A DNA stretch of 64,000 nt from Actinomycetes bacterium (GCA_024637095.1 JAGXFV010000048.1:2629-66628), one strand, 5' to 3'; counted from the first letter of the stretch, positions 16,090-27,347 are shown. Made by a program: numbers and translations. Notes: a model not told the origin generated them from the letters alone.

Positions 16090-17763
16090 ATGACCGGATT
16101 GACCGGCCGAAGCCGGCTTCTCGTCATGATCGGGATCGGCATGGGCATGTTGCTGGCCGCGCTCGACCAGACCATTATCGCAACCGCAATGCCCAACGTG
16201 GTCGCCCACCTGGGCGGCTTCGACCTGTACGCTTGGGCCTTCACCTCATACATGCTGGTCTCCACGGCTTCCGTGCCGCTCTACGGCAAGCTCTCCGACC
16301 TGTACGGCCGCAAGATTTTCTTTCTGGCGGGGATGATCATCTTCATGCTGGGTTCCATCATGAGCGGCCAGGCTCAGACTATGCACCAGCTGATCGCCTT
16401 CCGCGGAATCCAGGGACTTGGAGCCGGCGCGCTGATGCCCGTGGCGCTGGCCGTCATCGGTGATCTCTTTCCTCCAGGCAAACGGGGCCAGGTACAGGGC
16501 CTGATGGGCACGGTTTTCGGCATCTCGAGCATTGTCGGTCCCACCCTGGGCGGTTACATCACCGACAATCTCAGCTGGCGCTGGGTCTTCTACGTCAATC
16601 TGCCTGTCGGACTGGCGGCCATAGCCGTGGTGCTCCTGACCATGCCCTGGGACCGCCGCGATCGCCACGCCCGCTCCATCGACTACCTGGGCGCAGCCGC
16701 GCTCGTGGCCGGGGTGGTCCCCTTGTTGCTCGGCTTTTCGCAGGCGGGCAGCGACTACGCCTGGACCTCCACCTACATCCTTTCGCTCTTTGCCGCCTCG
16801 GCGGTCATGCTGGGGGTCTTCGTCTTCGTCGAATCGCGGGCCAAAGAGCCCATCATCCCCCTGGACCTATTTCGCAACGGCATCTTCAGCGTCTCCGTGC
16901 TGGCCGTCTTCATCACCGCCATGGGCATGTTCGGGGCGATCATGTTCATCCCGCTCTTTGTGCAGGCCGTGGTCGGGGCCTCCGCGACCAACTCCGGGTA
17001 CGTCCTCACGCCAATGATGCTCAGCCTGATCGTGGGTTCGACCTTGTCGGGTCAGCTGATCCAGCGATGGGGCCGCTACCGGACCATCGGCGCCATAGGC
17101 TTGAGTGTCATGGTGCTGGGGATGTTCCTGCTCTCGCGGATGGGGGTGGAGACGACCAACGCCACGGTCATCCGCAACATGATCGTCACCGGCTTGGGCC
17201 TCGGCACCACCATGCCGCTTTACGTGATTGCCGTGCAGAACGCCTTTCCGCACGCCAGACTCGGCGTGGTCACCAGTTCCGTGCAGTTCTTCCGGAGCAT
17301 CGGCGGTACGATCGGCGTCGCCGTGCTCGGCAGCTTCATGAACGAGACATTCGCGCGCAGGTTGTCCGTGTACCTGGAGGAGGCCGACCTGCGGAACGTC
17401 CCGCCCGACGTGCTACAGGGCATCTCCAATCCTGAGGCGCTGCTGGAGCCTGGCGCGCAGGAGGAGCTCACCCGCAGTCTGGGCGCCGGGGGGGCGGAGG
17501 TGGCCGCGCGCCTCTTTGACGCCATCCGTTTGGCGTTGGCCGATGCCACCGCGCGCACCTTCCTGATCGGCACCGTGCTGGTGGCGGCTGCGTGGTTGGT
17601 CAACTGGTTCCTCAAGGAAATCCCGCTTCGCATGACCCACGAGGCCACCGAGGAGATGATCACCGCCGAGCCGGTGATCCCACTGCCCGAGCAGTCGTCG
17701 GCCTCCGTGGACGCAGCCGATCGTCACGTAGCTCCTACCCGACCCGCGCCAAACCAAAATTGA
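16090..17763 (+). CDS. DHA2 (EmrB/QacA) MFS drug-efflux transporter
   Basis: LLAALDQTII, GKLSDLYGRK motif A, FRGIQGLGAG, WRWVFYVNLPVG; start trimmed to ATG 16090. Confidence 0.92.
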   Translation: MTGLTGRSRLLVMIGIGMGMLLAALDQTIIATAMPNVVAHLGGFDLYAWAFTSYMLVSTASVPLYGKLSDLYGRKIFFLAGMIIFMLGSIMSGQAQTMHQLIAFRGIQGLGAGALMPVALAVIGDLFPPGKRGQVQGLMGTVFGISSIVGPTLGGYITDNLSWRWVFYVNLPVGLAAIAVVLLTMPWDRRDRHARSIDYLGAAALVAGVVPLLLGFSQAGSDYAWTSTYILSLFAASAVMLGVFVFVESRAKEPIIPLDLFRNGIFSVSVLAVFITAMGMFGAIMFIPLFVQAVVGASATNSGYVLTPMMLSLIVGSTLSGQLIQRWGRYRTIGAIGLSVMVLGMFLLSRMGVETTNATVIRNMIVTGLGLGTTMPLYVIAVQNAFPHARLGVVTSSVQFFRSIGGTIGVAVLGSFMNETFARRLSVYLEEADLRNVPPDVLQGISNPEALLEPGAQEELTRSLGAGGAEVAARLFDAIRLALADATARTFLIGTVLVAAAWLVNWFLKEIPLRMTHEATEEMITAEPVIPLPEQSSASVDAADRHVAPTRPAPNQN

Positions 17764-17808
17764 CTTATTGGGTGGAGCGCGTCCGCTGAGCTAGACTCGG
17801 TGGCGCTT

Positions 17809-19176
17809 ATGAGCTCCTCCCGACTAACTCACCGCACCGTCTATGCCGCCTGGTGGCCTCTGGCCGCCAGTTGGCTGCTGATGAGCGTGGAACTGCCCGC
17901 GATCAGTGCGGTAGTCTCCCGCCTGGCCGATCCTCAGGTGCATCTGGCGGCTTATGGCGGCGTGGTCTTTCCGCTGGCGCTTCTGGTGGAAGCCCCCATC
18001 ATCATGCTCTTGGCGGCCTCCGTTGCACTGAGCAAGGACCGCGCGGCCTACGACCGCTTGGCCCGCTTCACGCACGTTCTCTCCTTCGTTCTCACGCTGG
18101 CTCATGCCTTGGTGGCGCTCACTCCCCTCTACGATGTGGTCGTGGGGGGGCTGATCGACCCACCGGCCGCGGTGCTCGAAGAGGCAAGAATCGGGCTGAT
18201 TCTCATGCTGCCCTGGACCTGGGCGATCGCCTACCGGCGCTTCAATCAGGGCGTACTCATCCGCAGGGGCTATTCGCGGGTCGTGGGCGTGGGCACCGGC
18301 ATCCGGTTGATGGCGGACGGAACCGTGCTGGCGACCGGCTTTATGCTTGGCTCGGTCCCGGGGATCGTCGTGGCCACGCTCACCGTGATCGCCGGCGTGC
18401 TGGTCGAGGCCGCCTACGTCCGGTTCAAGGTGGCGCGGGTGGTGCGCGAGGAATTGCCGGCGCGCAGCGAATCTCCCCCACTGGGAGTCAGCACATTCCT
18501 TGCCTTTTACGTGCCTCTCTCTTTGACCTCGATCCTGTCGTTGATGACCCAGCCCTTGGGCAGCGCGGCCATGAGCCGGCTGAGTCTGCCGCTTGAGTCG
18601 CTTGCAGTGTGGCCGGTGGTGTCGGGAGTGGTGTTTCTGTTGCGCAGTTTCGGCTTCGCCTACAACGAGGTGGTCGTTGCGCTTCTAGAACGGCCGCGTT
18701 CGCTCGGGTCGCTGCGGAGGTTCACCCTCGTGTTGGCTGGGCTCACCTCGCTGGCCTATCTATTGCTCTTGGTGCCGGCGGTGGCAGTCTTTTGGCTGGA
18801 AGACGTCACCGGGTTATCACCGGAGCTGGCGACGCTGGCGCGGCGCTCGCTTTGGCTCGCCTTGCCCATGCCGGCTCTTAGCGTACTGATCAGCTGGTAT
18901 CAGGGGATCATCGTGCACAGCGGGCGCACCCGTGCGGTCAGCGAAGCCGTGGGTATCTCACTCACCGTAATCGTCGGGATATTGGCGGTCGCCGTCACGG
19001 TGGGGGCCACAACCGGGATCTATGCTGCGCTGGGCGCGATGGCGGTGGGCGAGACAGTGAGGACCGGATGGCTCTGGTTTCGCAGCCGCCGGATCCGCGC
19101 CTGCCTCGCGGGCGAGGAGAGTGGGACGGGCCCCCTCGCTGTTGCGGTGGGGCCGGGGAGCGAAGGGGCGATCTAG
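17809..19176 (+). CDS. MOP/MATE-superfamily membrane transporter (ANKH-like)
   Basis: About 12 TM in two repeats (WWPLAASWLLM...ISAVVSRL / YVPLSLTSILSL...GSAAMSRL). Confidence 0.6.
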   Translation: MSSSRLTHRTVYAAWWPLAASWLLMSVELPAISAVVSRLADPQVHLAAYGGVVFPLALLVEAPIIMLLAASVALSKDRAAYDRLARFTHVLSFVLTLAHALVALTPLYDVVVGGLIDPPAAVLEEARIGLILMLPWTWAIAYRRFNQGVLIRRGYSRVVGVGTGIRLMADGTVLATGFMLGSVPGIVVATLTVIAGVLVEAAYVRFKVARVVREELPARSESPPLGVSTFLAFYVPLSLTSILSLMTQPLGSAAMSRLSLPLESLAVWPVVSGVVFLLRSFGFAYNEVVVALLERPRSLGSLRRFTLVLAGLTSLAYLLLLVPAVAVFWLEDVTGLSPELATLARRSLWLALPMPALSVLISWYQGIIVHSGRTRAVSEAVGISLTVIVGILAVAVTVGATTGIYAALGAMAVGETVRTGWLWFRSRRIRACLAGEESGTGPLAVAVGPGSEGAI

Positions 19177-19460
19177 ACTCGCGGCGGCCCGCTACCGCCC
19201 CCTAAGTCCTCGCGTCGCTCTAAGAACTCCTCCCGATCGATCTCACCACGCGCGTATCGCTCCTCGAGCAACTCCAGCGCCGGGCGTCTTCCCTGCGCTG
19301 AAAATCCGGTTTCCTGCCCGTTGCGTTGAGCTGATTGTTGGCTGAGCGCTCGGACCACGAACACGATTCCCACGATCACCGCACCCCAGAAGAGCACCAT
19401 CATGATCAAGCCAACAAGGCCGAAACCCCATCCCATACCGCCGTCCCACCAGTCATTCAT
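19173..19460 (-). CDS. SHOCT-domain membrane protein
   Basis: GGMGWGF-TM followed by ALELLEERYARGEIDREEFLERREDL; GAGGAG RBS. Confidence 0.85.
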   Translation of the reverse strand: MNDWWDGGMGWGFGLVGLIMMVLFWGAVIVGIVFVVRALSQQSAQRNGQETGFSAQGRRPALELLEERYARGEIDREEFLERREDLGGGSGPPRV

Positions 19461-19579
19461 CACAATTCGCTCCTCGCTTCTGTCTTCCCGTGAGATAGAC
19501 ACAGACAAGCGCATCTGCCGGCCACGGCCGACTCTTTCTTGGTTTCCCCCGATGTGGTCGGGGGAACCCATTTAAGGCA

Positions 19580-19608
19580 TTGACACCTTAGCACTGTGTT
19601 GATAGGGT
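19580..19608 (+). promoter_or_regulatory. Sigma70-type promoter of hcp with an overlapping inverted repeat
   Basis: TTGACA-N17-TAGGGT; ACCTTAGCA-N6-TGATAGGGT imperfect palindrome at 19585-19608. Confidence 0.55.
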
Positions 19609-19683
19609 AAAGTCCTCTCCAGGGTGTGCGGGGGTAGGGCGGCCTGGGGGTATGGTGGAAACGCAAGCGATCAAGGAGAGCCT

Positions 19684-21375
19684 ATGAATCAGATGCAGGA
19701 CGCACAGGCAATCAAGGACGAACTGGCGATGTTCTGTCACCAGTGCGAGCAGCGGCGAGGAGAGGCTTGTACGACCGTAGGTGTTTGCGGCAAGACCGCC
19801 GAGGTGGCCGCTCTGCAGGACCTTCTGACCTACGCGCTTCGCGGCCTCTCTTACTACGCGGTCGAGGCGCGGAATCTGGGCTATGTGGACGACGAGGTCA
19901 ACCGATTTACCGTCCGCGCCCTATTCTCGACGCTTACCAACGTGAACTTCGACCCTGAGAGCTTCGAGGAATTGATCGCCCGAGCCTCGCATCTGCGGGA
20001 CATGCTCAAGGAGAAGGTGACGCAGAAAGGCGGCATGACCGAGTTCGACGACCCAGCCGCCGCTTTCAAGAAACCGGCGACGATCGACGAGATGATTGCG
20101 GCCGGGCAGAAGATGAAGCTCCCGATCGACTGGGACCGCGACGAGGATGTGCGCAGCCTGCAGGAAACCACTCTGTACGGAATGCGCGGCGTCGCCGCTT
20201 ACGCCGATCACGCGGGCATTATGGGCTTCGAGGACGACCGGGTCTACGCCTTCATTCATGAGGCGATGACCAAGCTCATGGACAAGAGTTTGGATCTGAA
20301 CGACTGGGTGGGGCTGACCCTGAAGACCGGTGAGATCAATCTAATCACCATGGAGTTGCTCGACACCGCCAATACCACGGGCTACGGGCACCCCACGCCG
20401 ACCGAGGTTCCCCTGGGGCACAAGAAGGGCAAGGCCATCCTGGTCTCGGGCCACGACCTCAAGGACCTGCATGACCTCTTGGAGCAAACCGAGGGCAAGG
20501 GCATCAACGTCTACACCCACGGCGAGATGCTGCCCACCCACGGGTATCCCGAGCTCAAGAAGTTCGCGCACTTCCACGGCCACTACGGGACCGCCTGGCA
20601 GAATCAGAAGCGGGAGTTCAAGGAGTTCCCCGGGGCCATCCTGATGACGACCAATTGCCTGATGGAGCCCCAGGACGAGTACATGGACCACCTCTTCACC
20701 ACCGGTCTGGTCGGTTGGCCGGGGGCGGACCACGTGACGAACGGAGAGTTCGGCCCGGTGATCGAGAAGGCCCTGGCAATGGAGGGCTTCGCCGAGGACC
20801 AGGACAAGGGCACGGTGTGGGTTGGCTTCGCCCACGAGGCCGTCCTAGGCCAAACTGAGATGGGCAGCGTGGCCGGAACGATCATCGATCATGTGAAGGC
20901 GGGCAAGATCCGTCACTTCTATCTGGTCGGCGGCTGTGACGGCGCGAAGCCGGGACGCAACTACTACACTGAGTTCGCCGAAAAAGCTCCGGACGACACG
21001 GTGATCCTCACCCTGGCATGCGGCAAATTCCGCTTCTTCGACAAGGACCTGGGCGCGATCGACGGGATTCCGCGCTTGGTGGATGTCGGGCAATGCAACG
21101 ACTCGTACTCCGCGGTCAAGATCGCGCTGGCTCTGGCCGACGCGTTCGAGGTCGGGGTAAACGACCTGCCGCTTTCAATGATCCTTTCCTGGTACGAGCA
21201 GAAGGCCGTCGCAATACTGCTGACGCTGCTCCACCTGGGAATCAAGGACATAAGGCTCGGTCCCACACTGCCGGCCTTCATTTCGCCCAACGTGCTGAAC
21301 GTGCTGGTCGAGAACTTCGACATCAAGGCGATCACCACTCCGGAAGAAGATCTGAAGGCGACTCTGGCGGCTTAG
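19684..21375 (+). CDS. hcp: Hybrid-cluster protein (hydroxylamine reductase)
   Basis: MFCHQCEQ..C..VGVCGK (Cx2Cx7Cx5C), SGHDL, HGEMLP, GGCDG, DVGQCND, SWYEQKA. Confidence 0.96.
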   Translation: MNQMQDAQAIKDELAMFCHQCEQRRGEACTTVGVCGKTAEVAALQDLLTYALRGLSYYAVEARNLGYVDDEVNRFTVRALFSTLTNVNFDPESFEELIARASHLRDMLKEKVTQKGGMTEFDDPAAAFKKPATIDEMIAAGQKMKLPIDWDRDEDVRSLQETTLYGMRGVAAYADHAGIMGFEDDRVYAFIHEAMTKLMDKSLDLNDWVGLTLKTGEINLITMELLDTANTTGYGHPTPTEVPLGHKKGKAILVSGHDLKDLHDLLEQTEGKGINVYTHGEMLPTHGYPELKKFAHFHGHYGTAWQNQKREFKEFPGAILMTTNCLMEPQDEYMDHLFTTGLVGWPGADHVTNGEFGPVIEKALAMEGFAEDQDKGTVWVGFAHEAVLGQTEMGSVAGTIIDHVKAGKIRHFYLVGGCDGAKPGRNYYTEFAEKAPDDTVILTLACGKFRFFDKDLGAIDGIPRLVDVGQCNDSYSAVKIALALADAFEVGVNDLPLSMILSWYEQKAVAILLTLLHLGIKDIRLGPTLPAFISPNVLNVLVENFDIKAITTPEEDLKATLAA

Positions 21376-21397
21376 GAGTCCCTCTTACCGCACGATG

Positions 21398-21435
21398 GCG
21401 GCGGCTTCGCGTTTGCGCGGAGCCGCCGCTTCTTC
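21398..21435. terminator. Hairpin terminator between hcp and the thiamine ATPase gene
   Basis: GCGGCGGCTTCGCG-TTTG-CGCGGAGCCGCCGC 14-bp stem followed by TTCTTCTT. Confidence 0.75.
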
Positions 21436-22590
<1,155 letters not shown>

Positions 22591-22596
22591 AGCTGC

Positions 22597-24273
22597 CTAG
22601 AACTCACCGGTGTTGCCCACCCGAAAACGCTCCACCAACAGGATGGCACCCGCCGTGACCACCATCAGCACGGTGCTCATGGCCATCGCTCGGCCGAAGT
22701 TGAGCGAGCCCGGCTGCCCGAGCAGACGGAAGATGGCTATCGGTAGGGTGGGCGTGTCGGGTCGGACGATGAAGGCGGTCGCTCCGAACTCCCCGAGGCT
22801 GATGGCGAGGGCGAAGGCAGCCCCGACCAGAGCGGAGCGGGTGACCAGCGGCAGGTCTATCTCACGCCAGACCCTTGCGGGCGTGGCTCCCAGCATGGCG
22901 GCGGACTCGCGCAGGGGCGCGCGAATGGAGCGCATCACCGGGGCCGTCGTGCGCACCACGAAGGGAATGGCCACCAGTGAGTGGGCCAGGGGTATGAGCA
23001 CCGGCGAGGTGCGCAGATCGACGGGGTAGTCGAAGGCCACCAGGAAACCGAACCCGATGGTGACCGCCGAGGTGCCCAGGGGGAGCATGAGCAGCATGTC
23101 GAAACCGCGGGCCAGCGGTCCGCGCCGGTAGCTCACCACGACGGCAGCCATGACGCCGATGAGCACCGCGACGAGCATGGCGCTCACGCCGAAGAGAAGA
23201 GAGTTGCGGAGTGCTTCCCCGGGCGGCACGAAGAGCGTGGTCCCGCCGGTTTCGCCTAACGAGCGATAGTAGGTGAGGGCGTAACCTTCGGCGGTGTTCA
23301 CCGACCGCTCGATCAGGACCAACAGCGGCCCCCCAAGGAAGACCGCAGCAAAGCCCAGATTGGCAGCCACGAATCCCCATTCCCTCGGCCCCCGGGGACG
23401 GCGCGAGTTCTGTTCGGCGGGTCGCAGGTGTTGCTGGCGGATCCCCCTCTCCTGATACCGCGCGTAGAGCAGCAGGATGAGACTCACCGCCGCGAGCTGA
23501 AGTACGGCCAGAGCGGCCGCCACCGACAGGTTGAGGTAGGAGACGGTTTGCCGGTAGATCTCCACCTCGATGGTGGCGTACCGCAATCCGCCCAGGATGA
23601 TGATCACGCCGAAAGAGGTAAAAGTGAAGAGGAACACGATTGCGGCCGCGGCGGCGATGGCCGGGCGCAGCCGGGGCAGGGTGACCTCCCAAAGTGTACG
23701 GAGCCGGCCGGCGCCAAGCACCCGGGCTGCCTCTTCCGCGCGCGGGTCTAGGTGGGCCCAGAGCCCTCCCACCGTGCGCACCACCACGGCGTAGTTGTAG
23801 AAGACGTGGGCGGCGAGGATGGCCCAGACCGAACGGCTGAGGTCTAAGGGGAGGGCGCCGGAGGGCCCCAGCAAGGCGAGAAAGGCCGACCCTACGACCA
23901 CGGTGGGCAGGACGAAGGGCACGGTGATCGCGGCCCGGGCCAGGCTTTTCCCCGGGAAATCGTAACGGGCGAACACGTAAGCCGCCGGCATTGCCGCGGC
24001 CAGGGTGAGCAGGGTGGAGAGCACCGCCTGCCACAAGGTGAACCACGCGGCCCCGCGGAGCGCGGGCCGCCGCAGGATGTCCGCGAAGGCACCGTAGTCG
24101 AAGTCGCCGCCGGGAAACAGGCTGACCGCCAGGATGCTGCCCAGGGGATAGAGAAACAGAAGGCCTAGAAACCCCGCGGGGATCAGGAAGAGCAGCGGCC
24201 GGAGAAGCGGCCGCAGAAAGCGACTGCTCCTCCCGGTTTCCGGGATCAGGCCTGAGGAGCCGGGGGTGCTCAA
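22597..24273 (-). CDS. thiP: Thiamine ABC transporter permease (two-repeat)
   Basis: Two EAA loops (EEAARVLGA, ESAAMLGA); TTG 24273 overlaps the thiB stop (TTGA). Confidence 0.82.
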   Translation of the reverse strand: MSTPGSSGLIPETGRSSRFLRPLLRPLLFLIPAGFLGLLFLYPLGSILAVSLFPGGDFDYGAFADILRRPALRGAAWFTLWQAVLSTLLTLAAAMPAAYVFARYDFPGKSLARAAITVPFVLPTVVVGSAFLALLGPSGALPLDLSRSVWAILAAHVFYNYAVVVRTVGGLWAHLDPRAEEAARVLGAGRLRTLWEVTLPRLRPAIAAAAAIVFLFTFTSFGVIIILGGLRYATIEVEIYRQTVSYLNLSVAAALAVLQLAAVSLILLLYARYQERGIRQQHLRPAEQNSRRPRGPREWGFVAANLGFAAVFLGGPLLVLIERSVNTAEGYALTYYRSLGETGGTTLFVPPGEALRNSLLFGVSAMLVAVLIGVMAAVVVSYRRGPLARGFDMLLMLPLGTSAVTIGFGFLVAFDYPVDLRTSPVLIPLAHSLVAIPFVVRTTAPVMRSIRAPLRESAAMLGATPARVWREIDLPLVTRSALVGAAFALAISLGEFGATAFIVRPDTPTLPIAIFRLLGQPGSLNFGRAMAMSTVLMVVTAGAILLVERFRVGNTGEF

Positions 24274-25514
24274 TCGAGGACGATTCCGGCCCACTCCTCG
24301 ATCCACTCCTCGCGGTTCGCCTCGATATCAACGATGTCGAGGGTCAGCGGCTCGGAAGGCAGTGCCGCGTATTGGACGAACTCCGGGGGCAGTTCGGCGT
24401 TTTCGTTGGCCGGAAACACGAACATGTTGAGCGGGATGTCTTCCTGGAACTCGAGGCTGAGCATGAAATCGATGAAATCGCGGGCGGCCTGCTCCTTTTC
24501 GGTCCCACTCAGGATCCCTGCAAACTCGATCTGACGGAAGGAACCGTCGGTTATCACCCCGGTGGGCGCCTCTTCCAGTTCCTCCTCTGCGAAGATGACC
24601 TCGGCCGCGGGCGACGAGGCGTAGGAGACCACCAGCGGGCGGTCGCCCCCTCCGGCGGCGGTGAAGTGGGAGTAGTAGGCCTCCTCCCAACCCCCGGCGA
24701 CGAGCACATCGTTCGCAACCAGTTCGGCCCAGTAATCCTGCCAGGTGTACTCGCCCTCCTCGCCGAACTCGGCGATGGTAGCGAGCAGGAAGGCCAGCCC
24801 CGGCGAGGATGTGGCGGGATTCTCCACCACCAGCATCCCCCGGTACTCCGGTGAGGTGAGTTCAGCGAGTTTCTCGGGCACGAGCGGCTGGCCCTGACCC
24901 CCCAGGGCGCTCTTGTCGTAGTTGAGGGAGACGTAGCCGAAGTCGATCGGGGTGACGCGATTTTCCGCGTCCAGCCTCAGGTCCTCCGGCACCGCGTCGA
25001 GCAGTTCTGACTCGTAGGGCACGAACAGGTCGGCTTCCAGGGCGCGCGAGAGGAAGGTGTTGTCGACGCCGAAGATGATGTCGGCCACCGGATTGTCCTT
25101 GGTCAAAATGGCCTGGTTGAGCATGGCCCCGGCGTCACCCGCCTGCAGAACCTGCACGTGAATGCCTGTTTGCTCTTCGAAGGAGGTGAGCGTGCCTTCG
25201 GACAGGGCGAAGGAGTCGTGTGTCATGAGGACCAGGCTATCGGGGGCCTCGTCGCCCGCCCCTCGGTCGGCAGCTTGGTCACCCTCCGCGGTGGGCTCAG
25301 TTTCCTCGATCCCGACCTCATCAGTCGCGGTGGCCGCGGCCTGGTCCTCGGTATCCCCCTCGCCGTCCCCGCAGGCGGCCGGCAAGGTCAGGGGGATGAG
25401 AAGCAACACGGAAATCAGCAGCAGGCCGGCTCGCCCGGCACGCGTCCGGGGTCCGCGACGGCGCTGGATTGCTCGAGGGGGTTGGATTTGGTCGGCGTTC
25501 TGGAAAATCGGCAT
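24270..25514 (-). CDS. thiB: Thiamine ABC transporter substrate-binding lipoprotein
   Basis: MTHDSF, GDAGAMLNQAIL, GVDNTF, TSSPGLAFL, GWEEAY, VSYASSP, FRQIEFAG; lipobox AAC. Confidence 0.9.
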   Translation of the reverse strand: MPIFQNADQIQPPRAIQRRRGPRTRAGRAGLLLISVLLLIPLTLPAACGDGEGDTEDQAAATATDEVGIEETEPTAEGDQAADRGAGDEAPDSLVLMTHDSFALSEGTLTSFEEQTGIHVQVLQAGDAGAMLNQAILTKDNPVADIIFGVDNTFLSRALEADLFVPYESELLDAVPEDLRLDAENRVTPIDFGYVSLNYDKSALGGQGQPLVPEKLAELTSPEYRGMLVVENPATSSPGLAFLLATIAEFGEEGEYTWQDYWAELVANDVLVAGGWEEAYYSHFTAAGGGDRPLVVSYASSPAAEVIFAEEELEEAPTGVITDGSFRQIEFAGILSGTEKEQAARDFIDFMLSLEFQEDIPLNMFVFPANENAELPPEFVQYAALPSEPLTLDIVDIEANREEWIEEWAGIVLD

Positions 25515-25597
25515 TCCTCAGCTCCTTTCGGGCAACACTACGCTTCAGGGCTGCTGAGGGGGCGTGAGGCGGCGCCGGAAGGCTTCGGCACCTTGCT

Positions 25598-25690
25598 GTC
25601 TTACTTCCCTTCGCCGGCATTACCCGGATCAGGTTCACAGGGTCTGCGGTCTGTGACCGCACTCTCAGCGTACTGCGCTCCCCTAGCACA
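25598..25690 (-). ncRNA. TPP riboswitch
   Basis: Minus strand GGGGAGC...GCTGAGAG...GACCCTGTGAACCTGATCCGGGTAATGCCGGCGAAGGGA, directly upstream of thiB. Confidence 0.93.
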
Positions 25691-25778
25691 TCCCGGTGTC
25701 GCGGCTCGGCGACACGGCGCGCAAAACTATAGCATGGCCCGCTCCGGCCTTCTGGTACCATCGCTGACCATGCCCCCC

Positions 25779-27347
25779 ATGCGCTACACCGACACACGCG
25801 GCCTGGCGAACGTATTCCGGGCCGATCGAAGCTTGGCCGGTGGTGCCCCGGCCCACGCAGCCCCGGCTTTTACCGACGTCCTGATCAAGGGCCTCGCTCC
25901 CGGGGGCGGTCTGTTCGTCCCGGAGTCGGTTCCGGCGCTTGCGCTCGAAGAGATTCTCACCCTCGCCGGCCTGCCTTACCCCACCCGGGCGGCACGCATC
26001 TTCGCCAAATGGAAGCTGGATCTGCCCCAGGAAACCGTAGAGCAGCTCTTGGCCGACGCCTACGGGGACAACTTTGACGTGCCCGCCGTGGCTCCCCTGC
26101 GCGAGGTGCGTCCGGGCATGCACGTGCTTGAGCTCTGGCACGGCCCCACTGCTGCTTTCAAAGACATGGCGCTTCAGGTGATGCCCCGGCTCTTCGGGGC
26201 GGCGCTCGAATCTCAAGCCGAACCCGGGGCGGCGATCCCCGACTATCTGGTGTTGGTGGCCACCTCGGGTGACACCGGCAAGGCTGCGCTCGAAGGTTTC
26301 GCCGGGCGGCCGCACACGAGGATCGCCGTCTTCTATCCGCGGGAAGGGGTTTCCGAGCTACAGCGCAGGCAGATGGTCACGCAGGAAGGCGGAAACGTCG
26401 CCGTCTTCGGGGTGGAGGGCAATTTCGACGATTGCCAGTCTGCGGTGAAGGCGGCTTTCAACGATCCGGATTTCAATGCTGAGTTGCGACGCAAGCACAA
26501 TGTGGAGCTGACCTCGGCCAACTCCATCAATTGGGGAAGGCTTTTGCCCCAGGTGATCTATTACGCGAGCGCCTACGCCGACCTCGCCGCCTCGGGTGCG
26601 GTTTCTGCCGGGGAAGCGGTGGACTTCTGCGTTCCCACCGGCAACTTTGGCAACATCCTGGCCGGCTACTACGCGAAGCGCATGGGCGTGCCCATCGCCC
26701 GCCTCCTGTGTGCCTCGAACGAGAATCGCGTGCTGGCTGACTTCTTGGAGACCGGGAGTTACGATCTGAGGGGCAGGGTCTTCGTGAACACGCCCTCCCC
26801 TTCGATGGACATCCTGATCTCGTCGAACCTGGAGCGGGCGCTGTTCGAGTTGGCGGGTGCAGCCTCGGTGCGCCACTGGATGGAGCAGCTGCGGCAGACG
26901 GGAAGATTCTCCGTCGACGCGGCGACCTTCGCCCGCTTGAGCGGGCTCTTCGCCGGAGGCTTCGTGTCCAATAGCGAGACTCTGCGGACCATCGCCCGGG
27001 TACACGGCGAGGAAGGCTACCTGCTGGATCCCCACAGCGCTGTAGCCTGGCTGCTGGCCGAGAGGATGCGGGAGGACCGGCCGGTGGTGGTCGTGGGCAC
27101 CGCTCACTGGGCCAAGTTTGGGGCGGACGTGCTTCGGGCCCTCGAGGGGCGACAACCGAGAGATCCGTTGCCCGCCTCGCTCTTGGAGCAACCGGAGAAG
27201 ATGCTTGCGAAGATTCTCGAGCTGGCGCCGGGACAGTCGGTTCCCCGCGCGCTCAGCGACCTAGAGGGCCGGCGGGTGCGTTTTAGCGAGACCATAGCCG
27301 GGACGGCGGAGGCGGTTGAGGCGGCGGTCATCCGGACTCTGGAGTGA
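25779..27347 (+). CDS. thrC: Threonine synthase
   Basis: MRYTDTRG, GLAPGGGLFVP, PLP lysine HGPTAAFKD, ATSGDTG, NSINWGR, PTGNFGN, DPHSA; the N-terminal 200 aa of the track ORF are spurious. Confidence 0.93.
   Translation: MRYTDTRGLANVFRADRSLAGGAPAHAAPAFTDVLIKGLAPGGGLFVPESVPALALEEILTLAGLPYPTRAARIFAKWKLDLPQETVEQLLADAYGDNFDVPAVAPLREVRPGMHVLELWHGPTAAFKDMALQVMPRLFGAALESQAEPGAAIPDYLVLVATSGDTGKAALEGFAGRPHTRIAVFYPREGVSELQRRQMVTQEGGNVAVFGVEGNFDDCQSAVKAAFNDPDFNAELRRKHNVELTSANSINWGRLLPQVIYYASAYADLAASGAVSAGEAVDFCVPTGNFGNILAGYYAKRMGVPIARLLCASNENRVLADFLETGSYDLRGRVFVNTPSPSMDILISSNLERALFELAGAASVRHWMEQLRQTGRFSVDAATFARLSGLFAGGFVSNSETLRTIARVHGEEGYLLDPHSAVAWLLAERMREDRPVVVVGTAHWAKFGADVLRALEGRQPRDPLPASLLEQPEKMLAKILELAPGQSVPRALSDLEGRRVRFSETIAGTAEAVEAAVIRTLE

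Noticed and set aside
25158-25778. 200-aa N-terminal extension of thrC in the ORF track
   Set aside because: Overlaps thiB and the TPP riboswitch on the other strand; homology starts at MRYTDTRG.
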